The position numbers were made by a program, and so were the translations under genes. From the human T2T-CHM13v2.0 reference genome, Homo sapiens: DNA of 64,000 bases. The DNA lies in NCBI RefSeq assembly GCF_009914755.1, contig NC_060927.1; one strand, 5' to 3'. This document shows, piece by piece, positions 24,760 through 37,731 of the stretch. The notes below the pieces were generated by a model. It saw nothing but the letters and a program-made list of their open reading frames with translations, searched no databases and was not told the origin of the DNA. The stretch's first letter is position 1; each line of letters opens with the position of its first letter.

Positions 24760-25516
24760 AAAACTGCCTGGCCAGCTAATCTGTTACCTTTCCACACAGC
24801 CTTACCCTAGAACAAATCAAGAATTCATTACCCCAGTCAAAAGGGAGATATTTTTCCTTACAAATGAATGTCAGAATTTTTATGTAATAGTGTATAGTTC
24901 TTCAACTTTTTGAAGCTAAATATTACACCAAAACCTGTCAGCAAAGATCAGACAGCCTCTCTCATGTCCAGTCATTCAGTCACTGCCAGGTATATTGTTA
25001 GCCCAAGTATATATTTAAACTCTGCCTCATTTAAGATTAAAATAGTCTACTTTTTTGTTTTCCGCTTGCCTCTGTGTTGCCTCTTGATACCAGTTGCCTA
25101 TAGGTTTCTCAGCCCAGAGGACAGGTGATCAACTGGGAGTACCTTAAGGCTTCCTTGACTCTGTAAGGGAGTGGACTCTATAAGGGAGTCTATAAGGAAC
25201 TCTATAAGGGAGTACCTGAAGGCTTCCAGGTGCTTCTGTAAGAAAGACACCTGTGATCTCCCCTTCTAAGTACCTTAAGCTGCTCATCTTCCTTTTTGAT
25301 TCCCCTCCCACAGCCAAAATATGGAGAGATTAGAGGTAGCTAGCAAAGCAATGCAGATATGCTTTCTGGGAACTTTGTAACACAATAATGCCCTGTACTG
25401 AGTGGCACACTCCTACTACATCAAGATAAATAGCTTAGATCTGGTCTCGGCTAAGACCTGTGTGAGAATCAGACCTTCTTCTTTGGTGCAAGGCTCATGT
25501 TTCCTGAGTTTCACAA

Positions 25517-25541
25517 CTCTCTCTCTCTCTCTCTCTCACTG

Positions 25542-25572
<31 letters not shown>

Positions 25573-25650
25573 TTATTTATACGTATAATAATATACATAT
25601 AATAATATACATATATATGCATATATATACATAATATATATATGTATATT
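25517..25650. repeat. Compound (CT)n-(AT)n microsatellite
   Basis: Seen directly in the sequence. Confidence 0.9.
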
Positions 25651-26189
25651 ATTCAGTTAGACTTTATATCTTTGATTATGACCACTAGAAGATGTCAGGG
25701 TGTGAGAGTCCTTCTGTCCTGGTGTCTAAGTACAGGATATTTTACCATTTAAGAGAGCAAATGAGTTACTGTTTGTTATTGATTATAAAGCACCTACTTT
25801 ACCACTGCTTTGTCTTTTATATCTAAGCTGCCAATGATATGTTTTGTTCTGATTCTAATTACTGCAAAACAATCTCCTTGATATTCCAGGGAGTTATAAA
25901 TCTGCAGATAGAATTCATATAAGTTCTCCAATTGGGCCTGGCCTGAATAAAGACCACAGCACAAGCCTGTTTTCCATGGCATAAATTTTCACTCACTCTA
26001 AGCCAGTGTCTGTTGCCTGATGGAGCAGTCAAGAAAACAGCCTTCCCTCCCCAGCCTGCCATTTGGGAAGGGTGCATTCTCACCTTTTTGTCTCAAGATG
26101 GCACTCCATTTCTCTTTGTAAATCCTGAGTTAATGGCATAAGGGGACTGAGAAGTGAAAAGTCTTCATGCTGCTTCCACTTAGACAAGA

Positions 26190-26410
26190 GAAAATAATAA
26201 GAACCAGCATGTATCAAAGGCCTATTGTGTTCCAGGCACTCTACTAGAAACTTTATGTAAAAATTTCCCTCATACCAGTATCAAGACATAAGTAATAGCA
26301 TCATCCCCATTTTATAGATGGGGAAACAGAGAATTAGGCAGTAACTTGCCAAAGTTTGTGTGTCAGGTAAGCGGTAAAGCTTGGATTTGAACTCGTGTCT
26401 AATTCCAAAA
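26190..26410. mobile_element. MIR
   Basis: ccccattttatagatggggaaacagag...aacttgccaaag..ggatttgaactc. Confidence 0.75.
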
Positions 26411-27236
26411 CCCATTCTCTTTTTCCTATAGTGCTCTGCCTCCCAAAGGCTGTGGAACTGTTCTATTATCAGATTGTTCTCAAGAAACTACCTTATGGTC
26501 TGCCAGAGCTTACATCCTAGAAGAAAAGCCTAACATGCACACTCCCACTCCCCTTGCTTGGGTGTTTAGGTGGCTGAACTCTAAGCCCACGTCAACAGTC
26601 CTCAAGAGTTTATGGCTAACTAAATACACACATTTCCCATCCTCTTGAATTTACTCTTGAGACTACCAGGCATCACTTATGAAGAAAATAATTTATGAAG
26701 TCTTCATATTTCATGGTTGCAAATGAGAATCTCTATTCTGGGGAAATGGTACAGCTCTCAGAACTGGATCACTGGCTGCAGGGCTGTGAGCAGAGTTCAG
26801 CTGGTGCTGCTTGAAGGAACTCAGCTCTCTCTGCCATACTTTCTTGAGTTTGGAACCAAAATTGGAAAGTTAAGAACTTGATCATAGAGACAAACAAAAA
26901 TCTAAATCCATTTTATGAACAAAAACAACTGTGGATCTTAAGCCACATTGAGCAGATTTTTCTTTATACCCCATTCTCTTGCCAGCAAATGCTATATGCA
27001 AGTTATGAAAGCCTCCAATTGCCTGGATCCCAGTAAATTATCTTGTTTTGGTTTCCTTTTTGGTTTTTCTTGCTCCATGCCTGAGTGCTGTAGTCAGTGG
27101 CCAGGGAGGAGCCCACCGAAGGCAGAGATGCTACAGTGCCTTCTCAGCCTCTCACCACCTTGTATCATTGTCTGAGCATGAAAGATAGACACACACCCTA
27201 ACTCTGTGCTAACCACAGCTTCATTTGCTTCTGCAG

Positions 27237-27429
27237 GCTGCACTCCTCAATTCTTTCCCAACCATCTTTGATGAGCTTCTGCAAATGTTCACCGTGCAAG
27301 AGGTGGCAGAGTTTGTGAGAGGGACACTGGGGAGCATGCCCAGCACTGTGCACATTGGGCAGTCAATGGACGTGGTCAAGCTGCAGTCCATTGCCAGGAC
27401 AGTGGATAGCCGCCTGTTTTCTTTCTCAG
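27237..27429 (+). CDS. DOCK3: DOCK3 coding exon (193 nt; AALLNSFPTIFDELL...VDSRLFSFS)
   Basis: Acceptor tttgcttctgcag|, donor CAG|gtaaat. 64 codons plus 1 nt; the final G joins AA of the next exon to give Glu. Confidence 0.95.
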
Positions 27430-27674
27430 GTAAATCAAGTTGGGATGAGAGTCCTCCTTCCTTCCAGGGGTGTCCTCCTTCCTTCCAGGGGTGATAGCAA
27501 AGTGATAATCAAAGGATCAGTTTCCTCAACGATTATGCAAGAAACCAGTAACCCTTAAGATACAGAATTTTTTGATAAACTATAATAGAGAATGCAGCCA
27601 AGACCTAGGCCTACTGCCTTACTCACAGTTTATTCCTAGGAATCCACACATAGGGGCATGTCACTGGGGTGGTG

Positions 27675-27925
27675 CTGAGTCCATTCAGGCTACTGTAACA
27701 GAATACCATAGACTGGGTGGCATGTAAACAGCAAACTTTCTCATAGTTCTGGAGGTTAGGAAGTCTAAGATCAAAGCACCAGTAGATTCAATGTCTGGTG
27801 AGGCCCACTTCCTGGTTCATAGACAGCTGTCTTCTCTCTGTGTTCTCACATAGCAGAAGGGGCAAGGCAGCTCTCTGGGGTCTTTTTTTTTAAAAGGTCG
27901 CTAATCTTGTTCATGAGGGCCCTGC
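27675..27925 (-). mobile_element. MLT1A-like MaLR LTR fragment
   Basis: agtccattcaggctactgtaacagaataccatagactgggtgg...atagttctggagg..aagtctaagatcaa. Confidence 0.75.
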
Positions 27926-28044
27926 CTCCAGGCCCACAGCTTCCAAGAACAGAGCCTGCTATACCCTCAGGAAAGGAAGGAGAGGAAAAGAGAAGGGACT
28001 ATCTCAAGGAAATAAGGATAAGCCAAGAAAATAAAAGAGGCCCT

Positions 28045-28292
28045 ACAGATCACTTGAGGTCAGGAGTTCAAGACTAGCCTGGCAAACAGGGTGAAACCCT
28101 ATCTCTACTGAAAATACAAAAAATTAGCTAGGCATGGTGGCAGGCACCTGTAATCCCAGCTACTCAGGAGTCTGAGGCAGGAGAATTGCTCGAACCCAGG
28201 AGGCGGAGGTGGCAGTAAGCCAAGATCACGCCATTGTACTCAAGCCTGAGCAACAGAGCGAGACTGTCTCAGGAAAAAAAAAAAAAAAAAAA
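28045..28292 (+). mobile_element. 5'-truncated Alu
   Basis: Starts at cagatcacttgaggtcagg; aggccct occurs on both sides. Confidence 0.9.
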
Positions 28293-28702
28293 GGCCCTGA
28301 AAGGGGCCCTGAGGACCCTGTGCTTTCTTGTTTCCTTGCCATACCATTCGATACCTTTCCAGTCTTTGGAGAACCAACAAGGATTAGAGAGAGAAATGGA
28401 CAGGGAGCTCTTTATGCTCCCCAAGGGGTCAGGACAATCTAATATACTAGCAGCCTAGTCTGTCTTTCACAAAGAACTTCTGGTTTTATTCCTGAAGACA
28501 CATCATATGTGATCAAGTTCTGCCTTGCAGGGACAACCAAATGCTCAATGGCCATATATTAAGATCAATATGAGCCTGATTCTTTAAGAATAATATCACT
28601 GTGCTAGGATAAACTTCTGAGGCACAGAAATAAATCTGAAACACCAGCAAAACAATTATTAGAATTTTTATAATTTTTGGTGGTTAATTTTTTAGGTTTG
28701 AC

Positions 28703-29008
28703 TTTTTTTTTTTTTTGAGACGGAGTCTCGCTCTGTTGCCCAGGCTAGAGTCCAGTGGCATGATCTCAGCTCACCGCAGCCTCCGCCTCCCAGGTTGAAA
28801 TGATTCTCCTGCCTCAGCCTCCCAAGTAGTTGGGACTACAGGCATGCACCACCATGCCTGGCTAATTTTTTTTTTTTTTTTTGTATTTTTAGTAGAGACG
28901 GGGTTTCACCATATTGGCCAGGCTGGTCTCGAATTCCTGACCTCATGATCCACCCGCCTCAGCCTCCCAAAGTGCTGGGATTACAGGTGTGAGACACCGC
29001 GCCCGGCC
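28703..29008 (-). mobile_element. Alu with TSD aggtttgactttt
   Basis: TSD at 28694-28706 and 29009-29021. Confidence 0.93.
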
Positions 29009-29303
29009 AGGTTTGACTTTTAATGTGTAAGAACAAAAATTTCTCAGCCCACTGCTACACACATTTGTAATACTAAATAGATGTTCCCTTTGACTTAGCT
29101 CTGCCAGCGTATGATATTGCTAGTAGTAGTAAAGCTGCCACCAAGAAAGTCATCTTTTTTCCACCAGGAACTGTTTATGCTGGTAAACAGTTCTCTCTTC
29201 TCCAGCTCCTATACTGAAGATTTTATTAATGGTTTGGGGCACACTGTCACTGAAGGCCACTGTACACACTTGAGCTTTGTGCACTGCTTAAAGAAAATGC
29301 TTT

Positions 29304-29601
29304 TGGCCGGGCACGGTGGCTCACGCCTGTAATCCCAGCACTTTGGGAGGCCAAGGTGTGTGGATCATGACATCAGGAGATCGAGACATCCTGGCTAACA
29401 TGGTGAAACCCTGTCTCTACTAAAAATACAAAATTTAGCCAGGCATGGTGGTGGGCGCCTGTAGTCCCAGCTACTCAGGAAGCTGAGGCAGGAGAATGGC
29501 GTGAACCCAGGAGGCAGAATTTGCAGTGAGCCGAGATCACGCCACCGCACTCCAGCCTGGGCGACAGAGTGAGACTCTGTCTCAAAAAAAAAAAAAAAAG
29601 A
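29304..29601 (+). mobile_element. AluY-like element with TSD aagaaaatgcttt
   Basis: TSD at 29291-29303 and 29602-29614; ggagaatggcgtgaaccc. Confidence 0.93.
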
Positions 29602-30339
29602 AAGAAAATGCTTTCAAAATATATGGGAAGGGGAACAGCAGACTGCTCTCACTGACATACTTTATTTCTAATATCTCTGCATGTACTTGCTGCTTCACAC
29701 AAACACTTCAGAAAAATTTTCTTAATATTTATGTGGCCCTGGACTATGTAATTGGATTTTAGATGACAAACAGCACCAAAATTTCATTTGCATCTCACTT
29801 TCATTGAATGCCTGAGTTGCAGCATCTTCCCTGAAGCAAAAGGTTCTTTACCAGTGATGTCCTTTAACCAGCACTGGTATTCTCAAAGTATAAGTTTGGT
29901 CTCTTCTTCAGCAGGTTCTAGTAACTAACCACTGTTTTTTTCTGTAAGCAGCTATTGGTTGTTACAAAAACTAAGTATGTTGGTATTTTCATCTACATAG
30001 TGCAGTATCAACTTTTTTTATTCAAGCAGCCTTTTAAATCTAGACTAGCTAGTATTCTATTCTGTTTGAACATATTCTAAGCATTTGACAAGGCAGTGCC
30101 CAAATCTCTTATATGTCATGTACTTTGTCTTTGACTGAAAAAGATTTGCTGTCTGAATTTCATATGGAACTCTTAACAAAGGACAGATATGAACGATAAA
30201 TCTAAAATGCCATGGCTTGTTTGTGTTACTGATAATCTGACTAAATCATGCTAGCCAGATATGATGGGACCTGCAGAGTCACACAATCACTGACCACGTA
30301 GGAATACAGGGTGCCAGAAACGCATTCACACTTGTATTT

Positions 30340-30530
30340 CACATGTCTCCTAACCTTCCTTGTGAAGTAAATGTATTATAGAAGAGGCCCTTACACCCCA
30401 TTCTACAGATGAGGAAAATAAAGCTCGTGAGAGGAGTCAACTTGCCTGAGGTCTCAGAACGGGTTAATAAGGGAGCTTGAAGTAGGACAGCCTTCCTGAA
30501 TTTAGGATTGTAAATATAGTCAGCTCCTGA
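30340..30530. mobile_element. MIR
   Basis: ccccattctacagatgaggaaaataaagctc..gagaggagtcaacttgcctgaggtc. Confidence 0.75.
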
Positions 30531-30916
30531 TGAAAGTGCTATTCGGTAACACTGGGAGAAATCATTTGAAGTGTTCAGTAGGATTGGTGATAAATGTTGG
30601 CTAATTATCAAAGTCTTGTGACAAGACAAAGGTCATGCTTCAATTGTGTTCATTGCTGTATACACACTGAGCAGCAATCTAACAAGCCTGTGGGGGAAAG
30701 GGAGCAGGCCTGTTGGCTGTGGCAAGGTAAACACTCACAGGGGTGGAAGTGTCAGACTACCTATCTAGCCAGGGCATAAAGAGGGACAATCTATAATCCA
30801 TTTCAAGCCTGTGAGTTCAGTCAGCGTAGTTCATACTAAGTATACCATTTAAATGGAATTTTCACTGTAAACTGTGCTTCTAATTTGGAGTCTAATCATT
30901 AAAGAGATTTCATTTG

Positions 30917-31210
30917 GGACCAGGTGTGGTGGCTCACACCTGTAATCTTAGCATTTGGGGAGGACAAGGAGGGAGGATCGCTTGAGCCCAGGAGTTCAAG
31001 ACTAGCTGGGCAGCATAGTGAGACCTCATCTCTACAAAAAATTAAAAAATTATCCGAGTGTGGTGCCATACACCTGTGGTCCCATATGCATGGGAGGCTG
31101 AGGAAGGAGGATTGCTCTAGCAATCCTAGAAAGTTGAAGCTGCAGGGAGCCATGATTATGCCCCTGCATTCCAGCCTGGGTGACAGAATGAGACCCTGTT
31201 TCCAAAAAAA
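30917..31210 (+). mobile_element. AluJ
   Basis: ggaggatcgcttgagcccaggagttc (J diagnostic); diverged. Confidence 0.88.
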
Positions 31211-31500
31211 GATACTTCATTTAGAAGCAGACTCCTAACATTCATCCTGCACAAAATGTCATGGATGCTTGGTATTGAAATGAGAACAAAGGAAAGATGG
31301 AAGAATAATGTCATGTGATGGCTTATAATCTCCAGGCAGTGAGCTTTCAGGCCCTTGTAAGGTAAGGAGATTACCTTCACTTTTGCTCTAGTCTGAACCC
31401 CACCTGCTTTGAGAATAGCTAAGTCCCACAATGCCACTGGCTTCCTGCAGTAGCTAGTTCTCCTCTAAAGTTTTCTTCACCTTTGTATTTTCTCTCCCAG

Positions 31501-31628
31501 AATCCCGCCGCATCCTGCTTCCTGTGGTTCTCCATCACATTCACCTTCACCTGAGGCAGCAGAAAGAGCTGCTAATTTGCTCAGGGATTCTTGGCAGCAT
31601 CTTCTCCATCGTCAAGACCAGCTCTCTG
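31501..31628 (+). CDS. DOCK3: DOCK3 coding exon (128 nt; ESRRILLPVVLHHIHLHLRQQKELLICSGILGSIFSIVKTSSL)
   Basis: Acceptor tttctctcccag| ending at 31500, donor CTG|gtagtg. Phase 1/0 fits both neighbours. Confidence 0.93.
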
Positions 31629-34029
31629 GTAGTGGCCCCACACCCACTCCACCCTGTTCAGCTCTTCCCTAGTCTTGTGTTACTTTAGCCAGAGGCAGAC
31701 CAACAAAGATCGCTTTGTACACTTTTCAGTCACAGATGCTTTCATCAGTGACAGGAAGGTGCCCAAGTGAATGGAGCCCTGTGTGTTCCCAGCAGGTTTG
31801 TCAGTACAACACATTCTTGCTATTTTTAAAGGTTGCACTACCATAAATCTACCCAGAAATATAGTTATCTGTAGTACCACAAAGCCCAATTCTGTGTCAT
31901 GCTGTTTCCATCAATAGGTTTTAATTCTGGATTCTTGGGAGTTTTCTGAGAATATTCAGGCATGAGCACAGGGAGGCAGACCCAGACTTGAGAGGTAGCT
32001 TGCTTATTCAGGCTCTTCTGTTAGCTTCCTGACAGCTTGATTCCACCCATATGGCGTTCCTATACTGTGCCAAATGAGGTCAGGGCATACGAGAGGTTAA
32101 TGTTGCCCACCAGAGCTCTGAGCCTCAGAGGATGGTAGAATTGTGCTTTAGGGGTCGGGTTTCAACTGATATTGCTTTTACCCATTTTCTTTCCTCTCTA
32201 TTTTTTCTTTTTAAAAGAAATCAGTGGTAAGAGGGGATGAACTGAGGTAGGGAAAGAGAGAAGGAAAGATATGAATTAGGCACGGGTGAGGGTAGGAATT
32301 TATTTTAATGATACTTATTTCATGTACTTTTGATAATAGAAGAAAGGCATATTACTTATAGAAAATTCAGAAACTATAGAAAAGCATAAGGAAAGAAATG
32401 TAGAACAAAAATGGATTTTTAAATTATACCATTTTATTAGGTTGCTAGAGAATAGAATTTCACATGCATTTAAAATGAAGGGCAGTTGCCAGGTGATAAG
32501 AATATACAAGGATAGGCTATCCACATGGAGTGGGAGAGGCACCTTAAAAAAAGAGTATATTTTGTTCGAGCAGGGGACAGGGACTCAATAGGATACTCTG
32601 ATGTTCAAACTTAAAGTGCCATCTGGTGACAGGGGTCTAGCTTGGCAGAGAGTGACTATGATGGTGATAATGGCCCTATTATTTGATCTTGGCTCCAGGT
32701 AAGACTTGGCAGCTCTTCTTCCCACCAGGCCTCAGAGAAGCCACACCAAGCACATAAGATCTACTCATAGCCCAAGGTTGTATTGAGGGGGTGGACAGCT
32801 TATTGCTAAAGGAAGGAGAGAAATTGAAGCAAAAAAAGAGGAGGAATGGAACACAAGTGGGAACCAGTAAAAACTTGGAGGTGACGGTTTGGTTGTGTTT
32901 GTGGGGCTAGAGTCAGTGTAATTAGTTGCTTATAACTACCCAAAGATACATCACTGGTAAGTGTTATGATCAGTTCGACAGATAGGAAAGATGACTTTGG
33001 TCCCAAGAGCTGCTCAAATTCTTCATGTGGAATGGGGCAGAGTATAGTTAAAATGGATGGATGGGTAGAGGGACAATGAAACTGAAGCTCAATGAGAGCA
33101 GAGATATTATCTCTCGTTCACCTCTATATATTCAGGTTCTCAAACAGTGACTGGCACATGGTAAATGTTTAGTGAATGATAAATCGATGGATGGGTGAAA
33201 GATAGACACCAGGACCAGTAGTAGTATAAACATCTTAGACGAGGGGCAACAGGAATCTCTTTGTGAGATAATTAAAATCATGCTACAGAATTTGAGATGA
33301 ATGTGAGAAGTCTATAATAGGATAATAGACTCTTCCTAAATTAGGAAGTGGCCCTTAGTGAGGAGACATGCTCCATTGTTTTTGTGAGGTGGCCAGAGAA
33401 AGATGCACTGAGGCTGGAGTCCTTCAAATGGACCCTGTAACACGAGCAAGAGAGCTGAGGAGCTAGAAGTGGACCCAGGCATATCTAGGCAGCAGTCCCG
33501 GCTGGCAAAAATTGAGGGCACCCAAGGGGAAGACCCTGAGGAGAAAACAGCGTGCTTAGAAAGATGAGCTACTTCTGTGCATTAGTGCTATGCACTAGTG
33601 AAGGTGCAGCTGCCACACCCTGTAGTGTGAATTTGTCACCATTTCTCAAACTTTATCATTCCAAAAGTGTCAGCAGAGTTTTGCCTTCTCCTGACTATTC
33701 TAGGGAAATCAAAGAAAACATTTAACTCAAGATCTTTGCTTCTGCCCTGTATATCAAAATTAATGTATCTGCTTGAGATTCAAAGTTGCAGGTGGTGTTG
33801 AGTTAGGGTAAGGCCCCAGCCACCATGCCTGGGCAGCAGTGGCAGTTGTGCCTCACCTCCTGTCAAAGCCATTGTCCTGGGTGCCTTGACACTGCATGTT
33901 GGTGAGACTGAGAGCTTGGTGTTGGGAATCCAGAAGACTACTGCTGATGTGGCTGACCTAGTAAGTGCTGCCAGCTGTACTTCAGCCTGGCTTGCTGCTA
34001 ATGGTGTGCTCTCTTGCTGCTCGCTCCAG

Positions 34030-34176
34030 GAGGCAGATGTCATGGAGGAAGTAGAGATGATGGTGGAGAGCCTCCTGGACGTGCTCTTGCAGACTCTGCT
34101 CACCATCATGAGCAAATCGCACGCTCAGGAGGCGGTAAGAGGGCAGCGGTGCCCGCAGTGCACAGCCGAGATCACT
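34030..34176 (+). CDS. DOCK3: DOCK3 coding exon (147 nt; EADVMEEVEMMVESLLDVLLQTLL...VRGQRCPQCTAEIT), with an internal alternative donor after 34134
   Basis: Acceptor ctcgctccag| with a gctaat branch-like motif upstream. Distal donor ACT|gttagt; internal in-frame donor GCG|gtaaga. Confidence 0.92.
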
Positions 34177-35089
34177 GTTAGTAACTAACATCCAGGTTTT
34201 CTTGCCTTCTTTTCTAACCCGGGGCTTCTCCACAACACTCCCCCTCCATCTTACCATCCCACCACCTTCATCTCAGCCTTCCCTCCTGCATGGTTGTCAG
34301 CATGCTGCCCTCTTCCCTTCTTGAGTCTGACTCTCCTCTCTACTCTGAAAGCTCTAGGTTCACATTCCCAGGACTCTTCTTTAGGGCAGATCTGGGGAAT
34401 GTTTCTTGTCCTGTTTTCCTGCATACTTTGAGCCAAGTCATTTTCTATATTGTAGAATGAAGCTGGGATGTATGTAAGATGTAGTAAGAGGTTGAAGGTG
34501 AAAAACAGACTATTTCTTCTAGGAACCCCCTCATACAGGTTCTCCTAAATGATGTACAGGACAGAATAATTTTCTCAGAATTGGCTTCTATCTACAAATT
34601 AGTTGCTTTTGTCCATTATGTTTGTATCTAAATTTTTAGCATTTGGAAAAATATGATGAGGTAAATTTCACTGGCATTAGTGAATAACGATTTTTCTGTG
34701 ATCTAATTAGAAGAGAAACAAACTGGGAAGGCTTCTCAGGAGGGGCAGAGAGACAATACCTTGGGCCCCTCATGCACCCCAACTCCAGAGTAGACTTACT
34801 TCTCAGCCCTGAGGTGGGGATGTGATAAACAGTTTTCGTGGAATCTTTCCATTGGCAGATGGGAGATTACAGTGATCTCTCTGAAGAAAACCCTCTGGAG
34901 CAAGCCAAGCTACAGCGTGCTAGGGAGAGCAGGGAGCACTCAGGGAGCAGGTATGTGTTCTGGAGCACTGGGCTTGGAAAGAGTGTCTGCTCCTTTAGGA
35001 GCCTCTGTTGAAGGCACTCTCACTGTAAGTAAAAAACATATATATATATATATATGTACCCTGGCATTTCCTGGTAACCCAGCCTTCTA

Positions 35090-35350
35090 ACCAACACTTA
35101 CACAGTGCTTGCTGTGGGCCAGACCCTGCTTTAAGCACTTGTCCAATATTAGCTCATTTAGCAATACTAAGGAAGTGATTCATTTTATGTAGATTATAAT
35201 GAGGATGATAATAACTATAATTTATTCAGTACCTTTTTACATAATGGACTTTATTCTTAATGCTTTATGTACATTAACCCATCTGACCCTCATGACGAAT
35301 TACCTATAGCTTATTATGCCCATTTTTCAGATAAAAATGAGGTTCATGAA
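35090..35350. mobile_element. MIR relics
   Basis: cttacacagtgcttgctgtgggccagac...; cccatttttcagataaaaatgagg. Confidence 0.55.
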
Positions 35351-35388
35351 CATATATATTTTGCACACATGTATTTTTAATAATTTCA

Positions 35389-35705
<317 letters not shown>

Positions 35706-36527
35706 CTAGAAAGGGTTTGAGAGACTAAAACCTGTTGTCACTTTCTCATGAGTTTATAAACATTTGAAAATTGCCCAAGTGAAGTAAATGTTCTCCCTCC
35801 CTTTTAAGGAGGCAACTAAGAGGAGGCCATGCTTGACTGCCTCCTGCCAAAAGTTGCTGTAAGATGGTTTTTGAAGTCCTTAAAGCAGGATTTTATTCCA
35901 TGTATTCCAATTGGAACTTGAAGACATTTTGAACATTGATATTTCTCCTTTAATTTCTACTTGTCTTAAAGCCCATAGCTTGTCCCCTCAAAAAGGTCAG
36001 TTTTAACTCCTCTGCCTTTCAGACAGGCATATTGATCTGCGCTGTGTTTTGTTTGCCCAGTCCAGTAACCCTGTGCAAATTCTAGGAGGTTCCAAAGAAG
36101 TCCTTGTAGAAGGGCTGCTCTAGTCCAGCAGGATCGGCAGAGTCCAAATTCTGTCCAGAGAGGGTTAAGCTCTCCCCTTTTCCAAGTATCCTCTATAGAC
36201 TTCAGTACAGTGCCCTGGCAGCAAAGGACTATTTAGCCAAAACTTTCCTAGGAAAAAAAGGGAGAATATTTGTCTCACTTTGCAGTACTACTTTATTATA
36301 GTTTAAGGTTTTTCAGTAGCCCCATGCTGCAGAGGGTTTATTTCCCCCTAATCCCTCCAGGCTTTCCTTAGCAGAAAATAAAGCTTTAGAGGGCTAGATT
36401 TGTCATCTTTCTTCCATGATCATTGGGGCCATCTCAGACCCTCCCTTCTCTCCTTGCCCTCTATGGATTGGGGGAACACAGCCCTTGCAATTGGCCATGC
36501 TAAGTGTTTTTTTGGGTTGGTCCCTAG

Positions 36528-36626
36528 GGCGAGTATGTGTCCTGCCTTCTCTCACTGCTCCGCCAGATGTGTGACACCCATTTCCAGCACCTCCTGGACA
36601 ACTTCCAGAGCAAAGATGAACTCAAG
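36528..36626 (+). CDS. DOCK3: DOCK3 coding exon (99 nt; GEYVSCLLSLLRQMCDTHFQHLLDNFQSKDELK)
   Basis: Acceptor tccctag|, donor AAG|gtaggc, 33 codons, DOCK-family CLLSLLRQM motif. No further exon recognised in the remaining 27 kb. Confidence 0.94.
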
Positions 36627-37593
36627 GTAGGCAGTAGAACACCTTTCCTCTGGGAGAGGAAGTGTGCAGCCAGCACTCCCCAGGGGCTTTTTCCCTGTCA
36701 GGGGGATGAATGCAAGTGACTAGCATTGCCACGGGTGTAGGATTCACCAGCCCTGCTTTACAGCTGAGTGTTGGCCTCCAGAAGCTGAAAGCCAGCAGTG
36801 TCCCCACACAGCTGGACCCTCGTAACACTGCCAAGTTTTCCTTGACTATTAGCGGCCCTGTGATCATGTGCCTCTATTAGAGGCTACTCTGTCCCACACT
36901 GGTTGTCAGACAACCAGGACTCCTTCCTTTCTTAGTAACTTGGCAGTTACCCTTATATTTTGTACCTGCAAATTAGGATTTGCTGTTTTAATACCTTTAA
37001 TAATAATAATGGTGTCAATTTTTTTCATTTAAATATATTTGTGGAAGATACCTTTAGAGAGCAAGGGTGTGCACTGCTCATTTGCTGCCAAACTCTGGGT
37101 CTGGAGCACTGAGGGTCTTATTTTTATCACAGATTGCTATACATAATTTAAAAAGCCAAAGCATACTACAAAGTTCATAATATAAAACACCTGTAGTCCT
37201 AGCTACTCTTGAGGCTAAAGTGAGAGGATCGATTGAGCCCAGAAATAATTTTTTTAAAAAATACAGTGGTTTCCTGGCTCAGCCTGACTCGTGTCCAGTC
37301 CCTACTCCACAAAGGCAGCCACTTTCAATTCTTTTGCTATTCTTCAGGAAGCTTCTACTACTATTTTTAGCTATTGTTAGTTATTATCTATTTTCCTCTT
37401 TCTATGGAAAATGAAGATGATTCTCCAGAATCATTCCTCTCTCACACACACATCCTTCCTCCCATTTTCCCAATGTAGTTTTCATATATTTTTGTTTGCA
37501 TTGATTATATTGTTTATCTTTTCTTTATTACAGCTAAATAAGTACTGTGGTGAGCCAAGACTGTCCTGGGATTATATTTCTTTTCTTGTAGAA

Positions 37594-37693
37594 CAGTGAT
37601 GTCCAGTCTTTCGGCTTCCCTAGGCCACATTGGAAGAAGAATTGTCTTGGGCCACACATTAAATACACTAACACTAACGATAGCTGATGAGCT

Positions 37694-37731
<38 letters not shown>

